Assembly: GCF_947568905.1 (NCBI RefSeq)
Contig: NC_079167.1
Coordinates: 75,392,001 to 75,456,000 of the forward strand
Reading direction: 5' to 3'
Length of the DNA stretch: 64,000 bases
DNA from: Ostrea edulis
Taxonomy: Eukaryota
The notes below the pieces were generated by a model that saw nothing but the letters and a program-made list of their open reading frames with translations, ran no database searches and was not told the origin of the DNA. The number at the start of each line of letters is the position of its first letter. Position 1 is the stretch's first letter. This document shows, in pieces, positions 1 to 13,225 of this stretch. Made by a program: the position numbers and the translations under genes.

Positions 1-920
1 TTAGCAAAACTGTGAATTATCACCCTTGCTTAAGCAGCAAAGAACTAAATTATGAATCTCACTAAATTCATTGAAATGCAAATGCATAAAATCTAATTTC
101 TTAATACACCATGGGTGGGTAGGAATGGGGATTGTAGAGATCAGAGATTTCTTATAGACTATTAAACACACTGATACACTAGTATTTAACATTGAAATCA
201 ATGTAATACTCCCCCACCCCACCCCCAAACAAAGAAATCACCTGGATCCACCCTGGCACATGGTAGAGCTATGACATCTCCAACCACACATCATTTCAGC
301 ATATTAAAACCTTTTTTTCTGAAATAACTGTATCAAGTAAAATCACGGCTACTACGATCAACAGAAATGCAAAGCAGAAAGCATCCAATCAATAGAATCC
401 CAGGCTTATTTCTTTCAGCCCGTTGGTAGTATACACGCTTTAAGGAAGGTGTTTATCGACCACAAAATACACGCATTTTGTATCTCAAATTCAAATCATG
501 ACATTTTCCATTTCAAAATGAAACAAATATTGGCCTCAAACCATGAAAAGTAATGATTGTATGTGAGGGAATAATTAGTTCTGATGGCCAAAGTGTGTAT
601 TGCATAAGAGTAGTGTAAAGTCTGAGCAAAATGTCACTCGATTTGATTAATCCTTTAGGGAAAATGCATTATGTTCCTCCATCAAAGGAAGCATAGTCTT
701 TTCACAGATTTTATACATTCCCAATAACTATAGATTTACACAGCAAAAACTGATGAGAAAATTTACATGCACATAAAGCACTAAATTATCTGTCATAGTA
801 TTTCCCACTCCAACAACATTAAAAATTCAGCTGTCTAACCGAATCCTTTACTTCAACTTAAAGCTAGCATGAACACATATTGGCACATGCAGGCTCAAGT
901 CTGGAATGTTCCTATACTTC

Positions 921-1193
921 TTTATATTACACAAATACTGGCCGCACAATAACCTGAACTTTATATTACACAAATACTGGCCGCACAATAACCTGAACTT
1001 TATATTACACAAATACTGGCCGCACAATAACCTGAACTTTATATTACACAAATACTGGCCGCACAATAACCTGAACTTTATATTACACAAATACTGGCCG
1101 CACAATAACCTGAACTTTATATTACACAAATACTGGCCGCACAATAACCTGAACTTTATATTACACAAATACTGACCGCACAATAACCTGAAC
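921..1193. repeat. 39-bp minisatellite x7
   Basis: Unit tttatattacacaaatactggccgcacaataacctgaac; one substitution in the last copy. Confidence 0.97.
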
Positions 1194-1483
1194 ACAGTAT
1201 CCAACCAGATATTTCAAGCATCATTATAGATTCATAAGATATGAAAATTTGGGGGTCCATTTTTAAGCCTCATGATATATAACATCATGAATTTCAACTT
1301 AAAATTCCCACCACAAACTCAAGTTCAATGAGCAAGTAAAAAGGCAATTTATGTTGGAGTGTAGTAGTAATGAAAGATTATATATATATATATATCCCAT
1401 TTTCAAAGTTTAAACAATATTTCTTTGTACATATAATATAAAGGAAAGGTAATAAAAGCAACTGAGGGATCTGTTTTATAATT

Positions 1484-1804
1484 CAGTGATTTTTCTACAT
1501 TTTTACAAGGGTCCTGTGGCTTTCAAATTGGGAAAAATTGTCGACATTTCAGTCAAATTGGGAAAATCAATTTTATCGTAAATAAGTTTTAAAATCATAT
1601 CAAACATTATATTATCTTTATTTTACACATCTAATTTTCTTTTACCTTCTAAAATTTTCAACTATTCTATCCAAATCATCATTATTATAACTTTCATAAT
1701 TTTATTATTGGGAAAAATGCAAGCTAAATTGGGAAAAAATTGACAATTTTTAGGAGGGGAAAGGGCCGAAATTCGGACCCAAAATGGGCCTTAAAAAATC
1801 ACTG
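1484..1804. mobile_element. MITE with 11-bp TIR cagtgattttt and 5-bp TSD taatt
   Basis: TIRs at both ends, taatt on both flanks, internal attgggaaaa repeats. Confidence 0.7.
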
Positions 1805-3114
1805 TAATTCCCCCTACATATAATGAGTCGTAATACATGTTATAAAAATTACACCAACATCAAAATGAAAGATTTATTCTAACACCTTATTTACCCCAAA
1901 AAGCAAAATACACTGGACACAATGTAAAAGTCATCCCCAATTAACGACAAGAACCAGTGATTTATTGAAAATTAATCAATAATACACAACCCCACTACTA
2001 AAGCTATTGATTGGATATCACCAGCTCTGATTCGTGAAGAGCAAGGTAAACGAAGAATTGCTGGAGAGTTGGAAATATAAGCACTATTCGATCTGGGGCC
2101 AAACATAAAACTATATTATCTTGGCTACAGTAAAGAAGCATTTAAGTTACGAAAGTGACAAAAGTTACACTCAGCACAGCATACAGCCAGATTGGTGCAA
2201 AGCCTTGCTGACTGCTGGAAGCTACTGAGTGATAGAATCTACACCATGCACTGCATACAGCAGGATTGGTGCAAAGGCTTGCTGGCTGCTAGAAGACCTA
2301 ATTGGATTGTGTGTGTTCTGTTGGCACCAAAGCCAATGACATTTTCTTTACCCTCTAGTGGAACCAAATCGTATAAATATCATCTCCTGCTGACTGTAGA
2401 CCTGTCTTAATGCCATAATTAGGTTAATATGAGTGTTCTGAAATCCTTAGCGGTAAGGACATCGTACCCATGATAAGTTTATATACAAGGTTCAACAGAT
2501 ATTACTGGACAAATTTATTCCTCCTGATGAAGGAAGCTGTGGAAATTGTTTAGATGTGCATTGATTTTGTAATGGGTGCTGGCTGACAATGACACAAAGT
2601 GAAGCATGGTGGCTGTTTCCAGTCAGAACAGACACTATATCATTCTGCTATACCACCATCAACCTTCACAAAACATCATACTATAAAAACTAAGTATACA
2701 AATAGTCATATCAATTACACTTTTAAATGTCAGGACAAACATATTTCATAATACTGTCCCTTTGTGATCTATGATTATATGAATTATTGTGGGTTCTGGA
2801 CTAAAGAGATTTTCTACATACAGTCAAAAATCGCTACCTCAAACTCGATGGGGTCAAGAAAAAACTTCCAGACATCCAAGTTTTTTAGTTTAAAATACAC
2901 ATAAAGAAAATTGTAGTGGGGACTTCTCACTCACTTCGACATACCCATGGTATTCGAGATATCGGTGTTCGAGATACTGAAGTTTAAATGTATGTTAAAA
3001 TAATCAAAGGAGAGAAGAAATAACATAATTGAGGATGTTCAACAATTTGTTTCAGTTCGACAGTCACTCTTGTACTATACCAAGGAATTATTGACCTATC
3101 TTGTTAATGCTACT

Positions 3115-3395
3115 AGTGGCTCAATGGTTAAACATTTGCTTTGTAACAAGGTGGTCATGGGTTCGAACCCTGCTCATGCCTACATGAGCTATAAAGTCTG
3201 TCAAACCTAAGATGTAAAAATGAATAGTGATTGCTCCTTTGCCAAGCTATCAACAAGTGAGAGCCACAGTTCCTCAAGAAGCAGGCATTAGCACATTAAA
3301 GAACCCCCACTGCTACAGTTCCCAGCGTCATGCATAGGTATTCACCTACAGCTGGTGACATCTTTATCAAAATGAGTAAAAAAATATACGAAAAA
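3115..3395 (+). mobile_element. tRNA-derived SINE, degenerate
   Basis: A-box (tggctcaatggtt) and B-box (ggttcgaaccc); body related to the 39921-40266 copy. Confidence 0.65.
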
Positions 3396-3607
3396 TACAC
3401 AAATAAAAACAAAATATCCCCAAATAAATATTTAGAATGATTTTGCACCATGTTGAATTTTCCCTCAATTACTTTAATTGGGTATCACCACCAAAAGACT
3501 TAAAATGTTTTCCAATTTCTGAAATGAAAGTAAATATAATCTAATGCATTACATGTGAACCTAGTCTTATGATACAAATTCAGATATTGTGACATGTTGT
3601 TTTCCAG

Positions 3608-6600
3608 CTTGCCTTCGGTATTGCCATGATGTTGCCACTAACCAATGATGTGAAATTTGGGTTGCTGTGTGTTGCTTGTGTACCAGGAGGTGGCTTGGGT
3701 CATGTTGCTGTAATTCTCGGGGATGCTGATCTTCCATTAAGCCTAGCCATGAATCTCATTAGCATCGTGGCAATGTTAGGTAAAAGTTTCATGGATAATA
3801 TTATGATTTTTATTTTATCAAATCTTTGAATTTTTAAAAACAAATTCTATTATTTTGGATAAAAGTTATGATAATAGTCCATTGAAAGATGGGTAGTCAA
3901 GAGCCAAAATGGTTATAAAAGCCTACGTACCCGTGAGAGTGTTTATAAAACTGAACAAAGTTAATATCAGCGACACTGGAAAACTTCATTTTCCATCAAC
4001 AATTCAAATGACACCAATAAATAACAAGTCTTTCACTGCAAACAACACACAATCAAATGACAGGATGACTATAAGCTGAAGAAAACTTTGGTATTACACC
4101 TGATATTCAGTTCTAATAGTAAATTCAAATCATTGCCTGATGCAAATTAATTGTCTCCTAAATTGGACAGTTAAACCAGAATATGCAGGAGTAAATCTGG
4201 GCCAAAACAAAGGGCAAAATATTTAGCAGGAACTGTAATATGTTGCAGTTTATCATATTCTAACTTTTATGTACCCTCTAGTAAACATTTTAGTTGTAAC
4301 TGTCATATTCTAACTTTTACATACAACCTAAACATTCTATAGATTGATCCAACTTGTACATAATATTCCATCTCCATTCTGGAAACATTTCACCGAGACC
4401 TTCCTCTATCAGCATGGAAGCTTGATATATAACATCATATTCTACTTTTATAATCATAATGACTTTTGGGGGTGACATACTGTAACCATTACATAACAGA
4501 AATAGAGACATAATTAGAAACAGTTCTGATAGCCTCGCTAGAGAGATAAAAGTAAGTTCACCTATCAAACAACGACAATTGATAAACACTAATGTAATAC
4601 ATTTTGACAAACACTTGAATGACAATAGTAAAATAATCAACGACACAGCGGCAGTTTTGATACAACTGAAAATAGCCAATATAGTAACAGACACAATTAA
4701 TCAATTCTCGTTTCCATAATCATCAATTTAATTCCATAATGATGGAATCGGAGCAGGGTCTGACGTCAGAAGTTCAGCTTCGCACACACAATCCATCACT
4801 TTAACAACCAGACTACAGACATCTTCACACAAAATCAGATTTCATTGTGTCCTTAGTGTAAACTTGGGAAGAATCCCGGTCTTAAATACATGCGTGTGTG
4901 TCTGTTTGTTTATAATAATGGGACTGAAACATATTGTGAGTCAGCAGGTCCAAGCCTTCCTACTGTACTGTTTATGATCACGCTGCAAAATACAAAGTCT
5001 CGAATTCTCCAAGAGTCCAAAACATCCGGTCGTACCTAGTAAATATCAGTGCAAAAAAGGATCTAATCTTGGAAGCATGAAAAATCTATTGCATAACTAA
5101 AACTATATATTAGAAGTACATTGGACTTTGTTTAGAATTACCTATTGTTTATGCTTTATTTTTCTTGACACAGAACAAGATGGTAGACAATGTCCGTATA
5201 GACTGTGACTGGTCTGGACAGACTTCTATTTCTTTATATTCCCTGTTTACGTGCACCAGTCTGATTACAGGAAGCAGTGCGTTAGTGACTACGGGATAGG
5301 TTCGCTGCAGGTTTCATCATCAGGAGCATCCCAATAAATTAAGAACAAATTATTTCTGAATGAACAGAAATTGATATTGTCTACTATCCTGGGCACAAGT
5401 CCAATTCATTTTTATTCCAACTAACTAGAATTTATTGGACGTTAACCTTATGACCATACACTGTATGAAATCTAGACCTTCAAATCAATAGTTGTACTTC
5501 CTCGCAGGCAAATAATGTCTCTGGTTCATGCAATTTTTACATTCGTTCTGAGATTATAACTATGAAGCTAATATTCACTGCTAACAGGCTAATTAAAACA
5601 GAATTCATTCGTGCAACACTCTTCTGATTGGATGAACTGGATTGCCGATACATTAACATAAAAACTTATCTGCATCCGAGATTTAGTTTGTTCTTTCTAC
5701 AAAAGATGACCTTTGATTCCAAATATAATTTCAGTCAATATATTAGAAAATAACATACATAAATGTTTTTTTATGATGTTGAAATACATTGATCATAGGA
5801 TCACATCCTGTTCTAGATTCTGAATGGTCAATGGACATGCAAGTTATTAATTTGCATTGAACACAGTGACAAGTAACCAGGTAAATGGTCTGTCGATCCT
5901 CATAAACTGGAAATCTTTATAATGTCCAATTTTATATAAATTAGAAAAATCTTCAATGTCTATGCACCCTCTAGCCTACAAAATACTCATGAAAAGAAAA
6001 CGAGCCGAGTGCATGTTTAAGTCTAATCTGAACGAAATTTTGAGCATAATTCTAACATACACAATTAACTGAAATATTGGCTTCAGAAAATATGGGCACG
6101 CATCCACAATAATCAAATTAAGATATATATATTAATCATCATATCCTGAATTACATTTGAAAATAGTTTTGGTTGATGCATGATGATTTCTATTTGAAAA
6201 ATTACCAGAAAAATTGATATGTTTTGAGGAATATCAAAATCAATAAACTGTCACTTTGTATTCATAGAAATAAGTTAGGCATGAAATAAGCCTTCATGTT
6301 TGATTTAGAGTATTTCAACATGGAATTTACTGAATTTCTGAGAATTCAAATGATTAACAGTATTTACTGAATTTCAGAGAAATCAAAGAATGAATATAAT
6401 TAAGGGCCAGAAAAACCCCTGTTGTCATACATATATTCATTTCTGAATATTACAATGATTTTAATTTTTCTCTTTCTATTGTTTCCTAGGCACGGCACCT
6501 CTGTGGATCTTTGTACTTGGGCAATATTTCTACCTAGATCACAAAGTCATTCCAATATACAACTTTGAAATTTGGTTGGCTTCAACATTTTTTGCATACA

Positions 6601-7187
6601 CAGCTGGACTTGTGATTAACCGGTTTAAGCCGACTGTGGCCGATGCATTACTGACATGGATTATAAAGCCATTGATGCTTTTAGCCTCCATACTTTACAT
6701 AACACTTGGTGTATATATCAACATGTATGTTTTCGAACGCATCAATGCGTATGCAGTTTTATCCGCGTTTCTTCTACCTCTCTGTGGCTTTGCAGTTGCC
6801 TATATCACAGGAAAAATATTTCGACAAAAGGACAGCTTTTGCAAATCCATGGCATTAGAAACTTCCAGTCTGAATGTCTTGATTGTGTTAGCAGCAATTC
6901 GGTTTTCACTAACATCAAAGAACCACGCTGACTATGCGTCCATCGTCCCTCTCTGGGTGATGTTCACCGTTCCAGGAATATATGTGTTACTAGCAATATT
7001 AAGATTCTTCAAGGGTTGTATAGCTAACTTTTTGGAAAGTAGAAAACAGCAACAATTTCGACATTTTAGTATTGCTTCAGGCATTGTCAATCAAGCCAAT
7101 ATGGCCGCCCTTTCTGCTCCTCTATTTGTGACAGAAATTACAGACGATGACCAGGGCTCTGTTAGTGAAAAAATCACTGTGTTATAG
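3608..7187 (+). CDS. SLC10 family (bile acid:sodium symporter-like) transporter, 5'-incomplete; exons 3608-3779 and 6490-7187
   Basis: tttccag|CTTGCC acceptor and TTAG|gtaaaa donor (phase 1) join cctag|GCACGG in frame. Protein LAFGIAMMLPLTNDVKFGLLCVACVPGGGLGH...DADLPLSLAMNLIS...GTAPLW...ALETSSLN matches the SLC10 motifs CxPGG, GDxxLSxxM and ETxxxN. N-terminal exons not found in the window. Confidence 0.85.
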
Positions 7188-10100
7188 CAAATCCATAAGG
7201 ATAATAGAACAATTTAGTTAATTCTTAAAAAAATTTGCATTTAGAGAACATTTGTTTAGCCTACCAGCTATAGCTAGTTTCACTCGCACTTTCTCTCTGT
7301 TCCAAGTGAAAACAACGATTTTGATTACTCTCCTGTTAATGGCTGCACTTTGTATGTTACACTTATAATAGAATTGAGATAATTTTTAGTTTCTTGTACC
7401 ACATTTTGTAATCCATGTTATATAGATTAAAAGAAAAGTTAACAAAACTGACTCAACATAACCAGGCCATTATCGACTACCACATCATCGAATGACAGAC
7501 GGTGTATATATTGCAGTCCAACTTTTGATGACATCACAATTTTTAAAAAGCATCATTTAGTAATATCAATATACAGATGGGCTTTTATTTATCCTGACAT
7601 CATTAATCTGGATGATTTGGTGTCTGGATATTTCTTGGAAACCCAATTTTGGTTCGCTATAAATTCTCGCATCATGGATATGAATCCGATATCCGAATCC
7701 TTATTTTATCTAGATGATAACAAGGACCACTATAATCAGATTTATACACTAAAGTATATTTTATCTTTAAACAAGGCTTTTCTGTTCTAACTCCAGCTAT
7801 GTTCCAACACTTAACTGCACATGGATTTAGCAAATATTTTGGGTCTAATTCAAAAAGTTCAAATCATTTTCTATATACCCAGTACAATATGAAAAACCTA
7901 ATGGTGGCACTGAAGAGGCTATATCAGCTCTCTCAAACAGTCTCCCTGTTCATTTAGTAATCGTCTAGGGATGTAAACACACCAGACTGATTGTTACACA
8001 AAAAGAAAAGAAATGGACAGCACAATTTCATTTGACAATCAAAAGTGTCCAAACCATTAATATGATGTTCTCTTGTCTCTATTTTCTCTATATGAACAAT
8101 TCCTGTCATATTTATAATGATAAGAATTGGCATTTAAAGGCCACAAGCTATCATGCTTTATGACTCAAGTATACGTATCAGGAACTGAAAGCTCTGATTC
8201 TTGAGCCAAACCAAGGTTTCAGACAAACTTCATGTGAGGGAAAGTTTATGGATAAAATGGAGTACTTCAACCTGAAGATTCACATGGAAATCTCGGCAAA
8301 AGTGGCACCAACAGATAGCTATTGATAAAGCAGAGCTAGAATAGGGCCCCGGAAACAGACAGTTAAGGTCAAAGGCAACTGGATTATGCAGCATATCAAC
8401 TGACAATTGCATTTTCTAAAAGGTAGCTACCGGTAAATTATATGAAATGAAAATCTTATAACTTTAGTGTTGCATAAAGGTATAGCAGTATTTAAAAACA
8501 AAAATATTTTCAATACAAAATCAAATATATTTCCTTAATATTTTCATACCTTGTATCAAAACATTCTAACTAGTTTAAAATACCCTTCTTTATTCTTGGT
8601 ACATGTATGGCAAGCATTGATCCAGATGTGGGGTCTGGGGGTCCAGAACTCCTATGCTTCAATTACACATATTTTTGCCTATATTCTCAAGTAGTTTCAG
8701 TCATAAAATGCTAAATGTTAAAGTAAAGATTGGAGACCCTACCCTCCCCCCAGTTGTGGACTGGTCTGTATTTTTTGTTAGATCTGTGCACGTTTATCAT
8801 AGGGCTCCACTTGGATATGTCTTTGCAGATACAGTGCCACCTCAGTATACTGCCTCTCTAAGTGTAATGCCACATTTACTTTTCATTACGAGAGCATGAT
8901 TATAAGTATCTCTTGAACCTAGACTACAGCCCTAACATCCAGGGACTAAATATACCCTCTAAATTGGGCTCATCTATTTTGGGGCATATTTGCAATATTG
9001 TGTTGCTGAAGACCAGAAAGACTCAAGTTTCAACATTATTCATTGAATAATATCCTTGAATACATTTAGAAACAGTACACACTAAATTCCTTTGACTTCC
9101 GTTTTTAATATCGATATTCATAGTGTAAATAGGAGGAAAAGACGTGACCTTAACACAGTTACAGCTCTCTGATCACCAATAGAATTACTTTATAATGTAA
9201 TAAAATACCTTCCATTAGAATGCCTATTCCTTCAGTTAATTTTGATACAATTGCAGTTTTTCACAAATTACATTGAAATATTTATGTATTGAAAATTGTA
9301 AACCCCAAACTACTAAGTATGTTTTAGTTTTCACATTTTCATCCCCTAAGAGAATCTTACATCCCCAGGAACTATATAAAATCTACAAAACATTGATTGT
9401 GTATACTTAAAAAACCTTAAATTTTGTTAACTTAGACTTGTAAAATGGGCCACCCTCTTTACCTGGAACAACGATAGCACCGTATTGAGGCGGCACTGTA
9501 GTTAAAAGAATTTTGCTGGTATGGTTACATTTCTTTCAAATAATTTACAACTGCACTATATACATGATACTCTGTGCGCTAAGTGGGGCTGCATTGTAAA
9601 TTTCTCTAAAACACAAAACTAATTTCCTTCTGCAACACATTTTATTACGTATTTATTCATTCTTGTAGTTAATTTGGCATTTCTAGGGAATATTCTGAGC
9701 GAGTAATGACAAAATATTGCTTTTTAAAGCATTAACACGGCCTACTATAGTTTCTTGCAGTAACAATAACTGCTCCTGCACAAATGCAACTGTAAACATT
9801 CAAGTAATAAAAACGTTTTCATTACGAGATGAGACTTAAAATACAAGATTTTTAGAGAATTTTAAAAAAGAATTAGGACTATAAAGTGATGCTTTCTTCT
9901 TTGATATAAGCTAGAACGGTCATTCACACTGTAAATGAAGGGGAGTCGATGTGTATAATCTCAAGATACATTTTGTATTGGGCTCTCCAATTATTAGCCC
10001 AAACATAACACCCTTCACATCTGCAGAAAGAAAATTTACATGTCACAAAATATTTTTCCATATAAAAGGCGGTTCACCCAGTGACAGCTTTTAATGAATA

Positions 10101-10670
10101 TCTAGTTCAACTAGAAAACGAAACTGATTTTGTGGTCAATTGAATACAACACAGTATTGAGCAATCTTTTTCTCCAGCAGGATATCAATCACGGAGCTCT
10201 CCTTCTGTGAGGATGGGTGAGAACTAATGCCTTAGGAGTCATTGTGCCTTTGTAGTAAATTGATAAAAGGGATAGCAATTCATAACACGTCACTAGTGAC
10301 AAATCTGTGCAATTTTTTTCTCATCTTTTACACTTATTTCCTTTGGTTTGTGGTGTAGTGGTCAGCCGGGTTTGATCGCCGGTGGCCGGATGGCTCGGTT
10401 GGTGGAGCACCTGACTAGAGATTCAGGGGGCCCAGGTACATGCACATTGGGGGAGGGGGGGATCTTTAAATTTTCAATAATCTCTCCAGAACAACATGAC
10501 CATGTTAGTCACATTTATACAGAAGCAGTCCATTGTTGTGTGGATTCGAGTTTAATTAAGTTATAACTCGATGGCGCTATAGGATGTGGTCATAAGATAG
10601 GGTAAAAATCTGCCATAGGATTAAAGACGGTAAACATCTTTTGAAGAAGATCAGCATGATCAAGGTGATT

Positions 10671-11712
10671 CAGGCGAGCATTGTGGTCCATGGGCCTCTT
10701 GTCTTTTAAGTTAAGAAGAGTTCTTTATCAGGTGAGCATTGTGGTCCATGGGCCTCTTGTCTTTTAAGTTAAGAAGAGTTCTTTATCAGGTGAGCATTGT
10801 GGTCCATGGGCCTCTTGTCTTTTAAGTTAAGAAGAGTTCTTTATCAGGTGAGCATTGTGGTCCATGGGCCTCTTGTCTTTTAAGTTAAGAAGAGTTCTTT
10901 ATCAGGTGAGCATTGTGGTCCATGGGCCTCTTGTCTTTTAAGTTAAGAAGAGTTCTTTATCAGGTGAGCATTGTGGTCCATGGGCCTCTTGTCTTTTAAG
11001 TTAAGAAGAGTTCTTTATCAGGTGAGCATTGTGGTCCATGGGCCTCTTGTCTTTTAAGTTAAGAAGAGTTCTTTATCAGGTGAGTATTGTGGTCCATGGA
11101 CCTCTTGTCTTTTAAGTTAAGAAGAGTTCTTTATCAGGTGAGTATTGTGGTCCATGGGCCTCTTGTCTTTTAAGTTAAGAAGAGTTCTTTATCAGGTGAG
11201 CATTGTGGTCCATGGGCCTCTTGTCTTTTAAGTTAAGAAGAGTTCTTTATCAGGTGAGCATTGTGGTCCATGGACCTCTTGTCTTTTAAGTTAAGAAGAG
11301 TTCTTTATCAGGTGAGTATTGTGGTCCATGGACCTCTTGTCTTTTAAGTTAAGAAGAGTTCTTTATCAGGTGAGTATTGTGGTCCATGGGCCTCTTGTCT
11401 TTTAAGTTAAGAAGAGTTCTTTATCAGGTGAGCATTGTGGTCCATGGACCTCTTGTCTTTTAAGTTAAGAAGAGTTCTTTATCAGGTGAGTATTGTGGTC
11501 CATGGGCCTCTTGTCTTTTAAGTTAAGAAGAGTTCTTTATCAGGTGAGTATTGTGGTCCATGGACCTCTTGTCTTTTAAGTTAAGAAGAGTTCTTTATCA
11601 GGTGAGCATTGTGGTCCATGGGCCTCTTGTCTTTTAAGTTAAGAAGAGTTCTTTATCAGGTGAGTATTGTGGTCCATGGGCCTCTTGTCTTTAATTAAGA
11701 AGAGTTCTTTAT
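10671..11712. repeat. 58-bp minisatellite x18 derived from a HINE/Helentron 3' end plus flank
   Basis: Unit caggtgagcattgtggtccatgggcctcttgtcttttaagttaagaagagttctttat; period 58 checked at 10671, 10729 ... 11657. Confidence 0.97.
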
Positions 11713-13097
11713 CATGCCATTATCTACCTTGATGATGGACCTCAGTTTCAATGTCTGGTAGACCTTTGAATTTCACCTGATGAAGAAATAGTCACTGTCT
11801 ATTTTCAAGGTCTGACTTGAGCAGAACTGACCTGGGGCTTCTAATACTGAAGTGCACAAATGCAGTATGTGATAAGTAAATACACAATATAACGGCTACA
11901 ATTTTTCAGAAAAGAATGATGTATTAAACCTTTGGGTGGAGGATGAAGATTTTGCAAAACAATACATGTGTAGGGCACTTAATCATTGCATAAAGCACAC
12001 ATACTGTCTGAGGGGTGAAGTCAATGTCCGATAAAAATCTAGATTCAGATAGTTGGGTGTGTGGGTGTGTAAAGAAATCCCGTAAAATTCTGTCATCCGA
12101 CATCAATTACACTTTAATGGAAAAAGTAGAATGACAAGTGACAGTTAAAAACCACATAATAAGATTACATTTTAATGAACATTTAATAGTTTTAATGCAC
12201 ACTAAACAGTAGAAAAGGCAGTGTTATTAATAATCGTTTTTATTTGTCAATCAATTAGTTTCAACATTCATCATATTTAGATTAAAAGGGGGGGGGGGGG
12301 GGGGGGGTGTGTGAAAGGGAGTGATGGGAGGGAGGGGGAACTAGGTGAAAACTATGTTAATTCAGTATTTTGTCTCAGACATCGAACTTTTGATCTTGCC
12401 CCTAACATACATGTAGCATTAGGCACCAGCAATGTGCATCAGGCTACATGTGTGTGACCCCTTCTCAGATTCGTTCATTCATCTGTCCTCAGCTCTAAAC
12501 ACGTGTACATTATGTAGTGTTGAATCTAAAGCAAACTAGCATGGCGCTGCGCCATGCCCTTTTTGGCTGGCTCCATGCCCTTTTTGGCTGGCGCCATTCC
12601 CTTTTTAATTGCACCATGCCCTTTTTTCTCTATAAATTTTTTTAAAAATATTTGTTTAATATAAACAATTGTTCTTTATTTCACAAGGTTGATTGAAAAG
12701 TTTAAAATCAAGGCAGCAGGTATTAACTTTTAATGAGGCTAAATGATTATTCTATTACTATCATAGTATGATACTATGAAAGTGCCCAGAAATTGTCTTG
12801 CCGCGACAAAAAGTGTCCTTTTGAACAAATGATATTTGTGCTCTCTCTAGATCCTCGATTTAACACTATCATGAATATCATAAAATATAGATACCTTCTT
12901 TTATTACATAGTAAACTGCACAAAATTGCTTACTTTTCTTTAAAGCATGCAATTTATTTAAGCATTGCTAATGCACATTATTAAATTTGAATACCATTCT
13001 GAGTTAATACTAACACAATATATGTCAAAAGGTAATCATTAATGCATATATACACTTTGAAATCCATATAGATGCATTATGTATTACATATACAATA

Positions 13098-13225
13098 GAC
13101 CTGTAACAGCTGGCTACGCCCACTCACTACCAGTATGGACCGGTAACAGCTGGCTATATGCCCACTCACTACAAATATGGACCGATAATAGCTGGCGACG
13201 CCCACTCACTACCAGTATGCACCGA
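13098..13225. repeat. 40-42-bp tandem repeat x3
   Basis: gaccggtaacagctggctacgcccactcactaccagtat variants. Confidence 0.8.

Noticed and set aside
848-1204. Repeat-encoded ORFs (also 15927-16600, 30246-30497, 59012-59406, 63159-63516)
   Set aside because: They arise from stop-free minisatellite or microsatellite units and have no splice or homology support.
2192-2690. Possible upstream SLC10 exons
   Set aside because: No frame gives the expected MxxxGC...PxG...CQF motif with usable splice sites.
4759-4770. 12-bp palindrome tctgacgtcaga (CRE); TGACGTCA also at about 25384 and 42140
   Set aside because: Single short motifs, two of them inside TEs; no positional support.
4317-4830. 125-aa hydrophobic minus-strand ORF in the SLC10 intron
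   Set aside because: GTG start, in-frame stops immediately upstream, no recognisable family motif; T-rich composition explains the hydrophobicity.
8180-8420. Coding-looking stretch on the plus strand (ELKALILEPNQGF...)
   Set aside because: Stops in all frames, no recognised homology, no linkable exons.
10671-11712. CRISPR-like appearance of the tandem arrays (also 921, 15907, 21229, 43000, 63065)
   Set aside because: Units abut with no unique spacers, there are no cas genes, and the context is eukaryotic.
12288-12307. Poly-G runs (G20 here, G24 at 56862-56885) as G-quadruplexes
   Set aside because: Homopolymers are common in such assemblies and their length is unreliable; no functional context.
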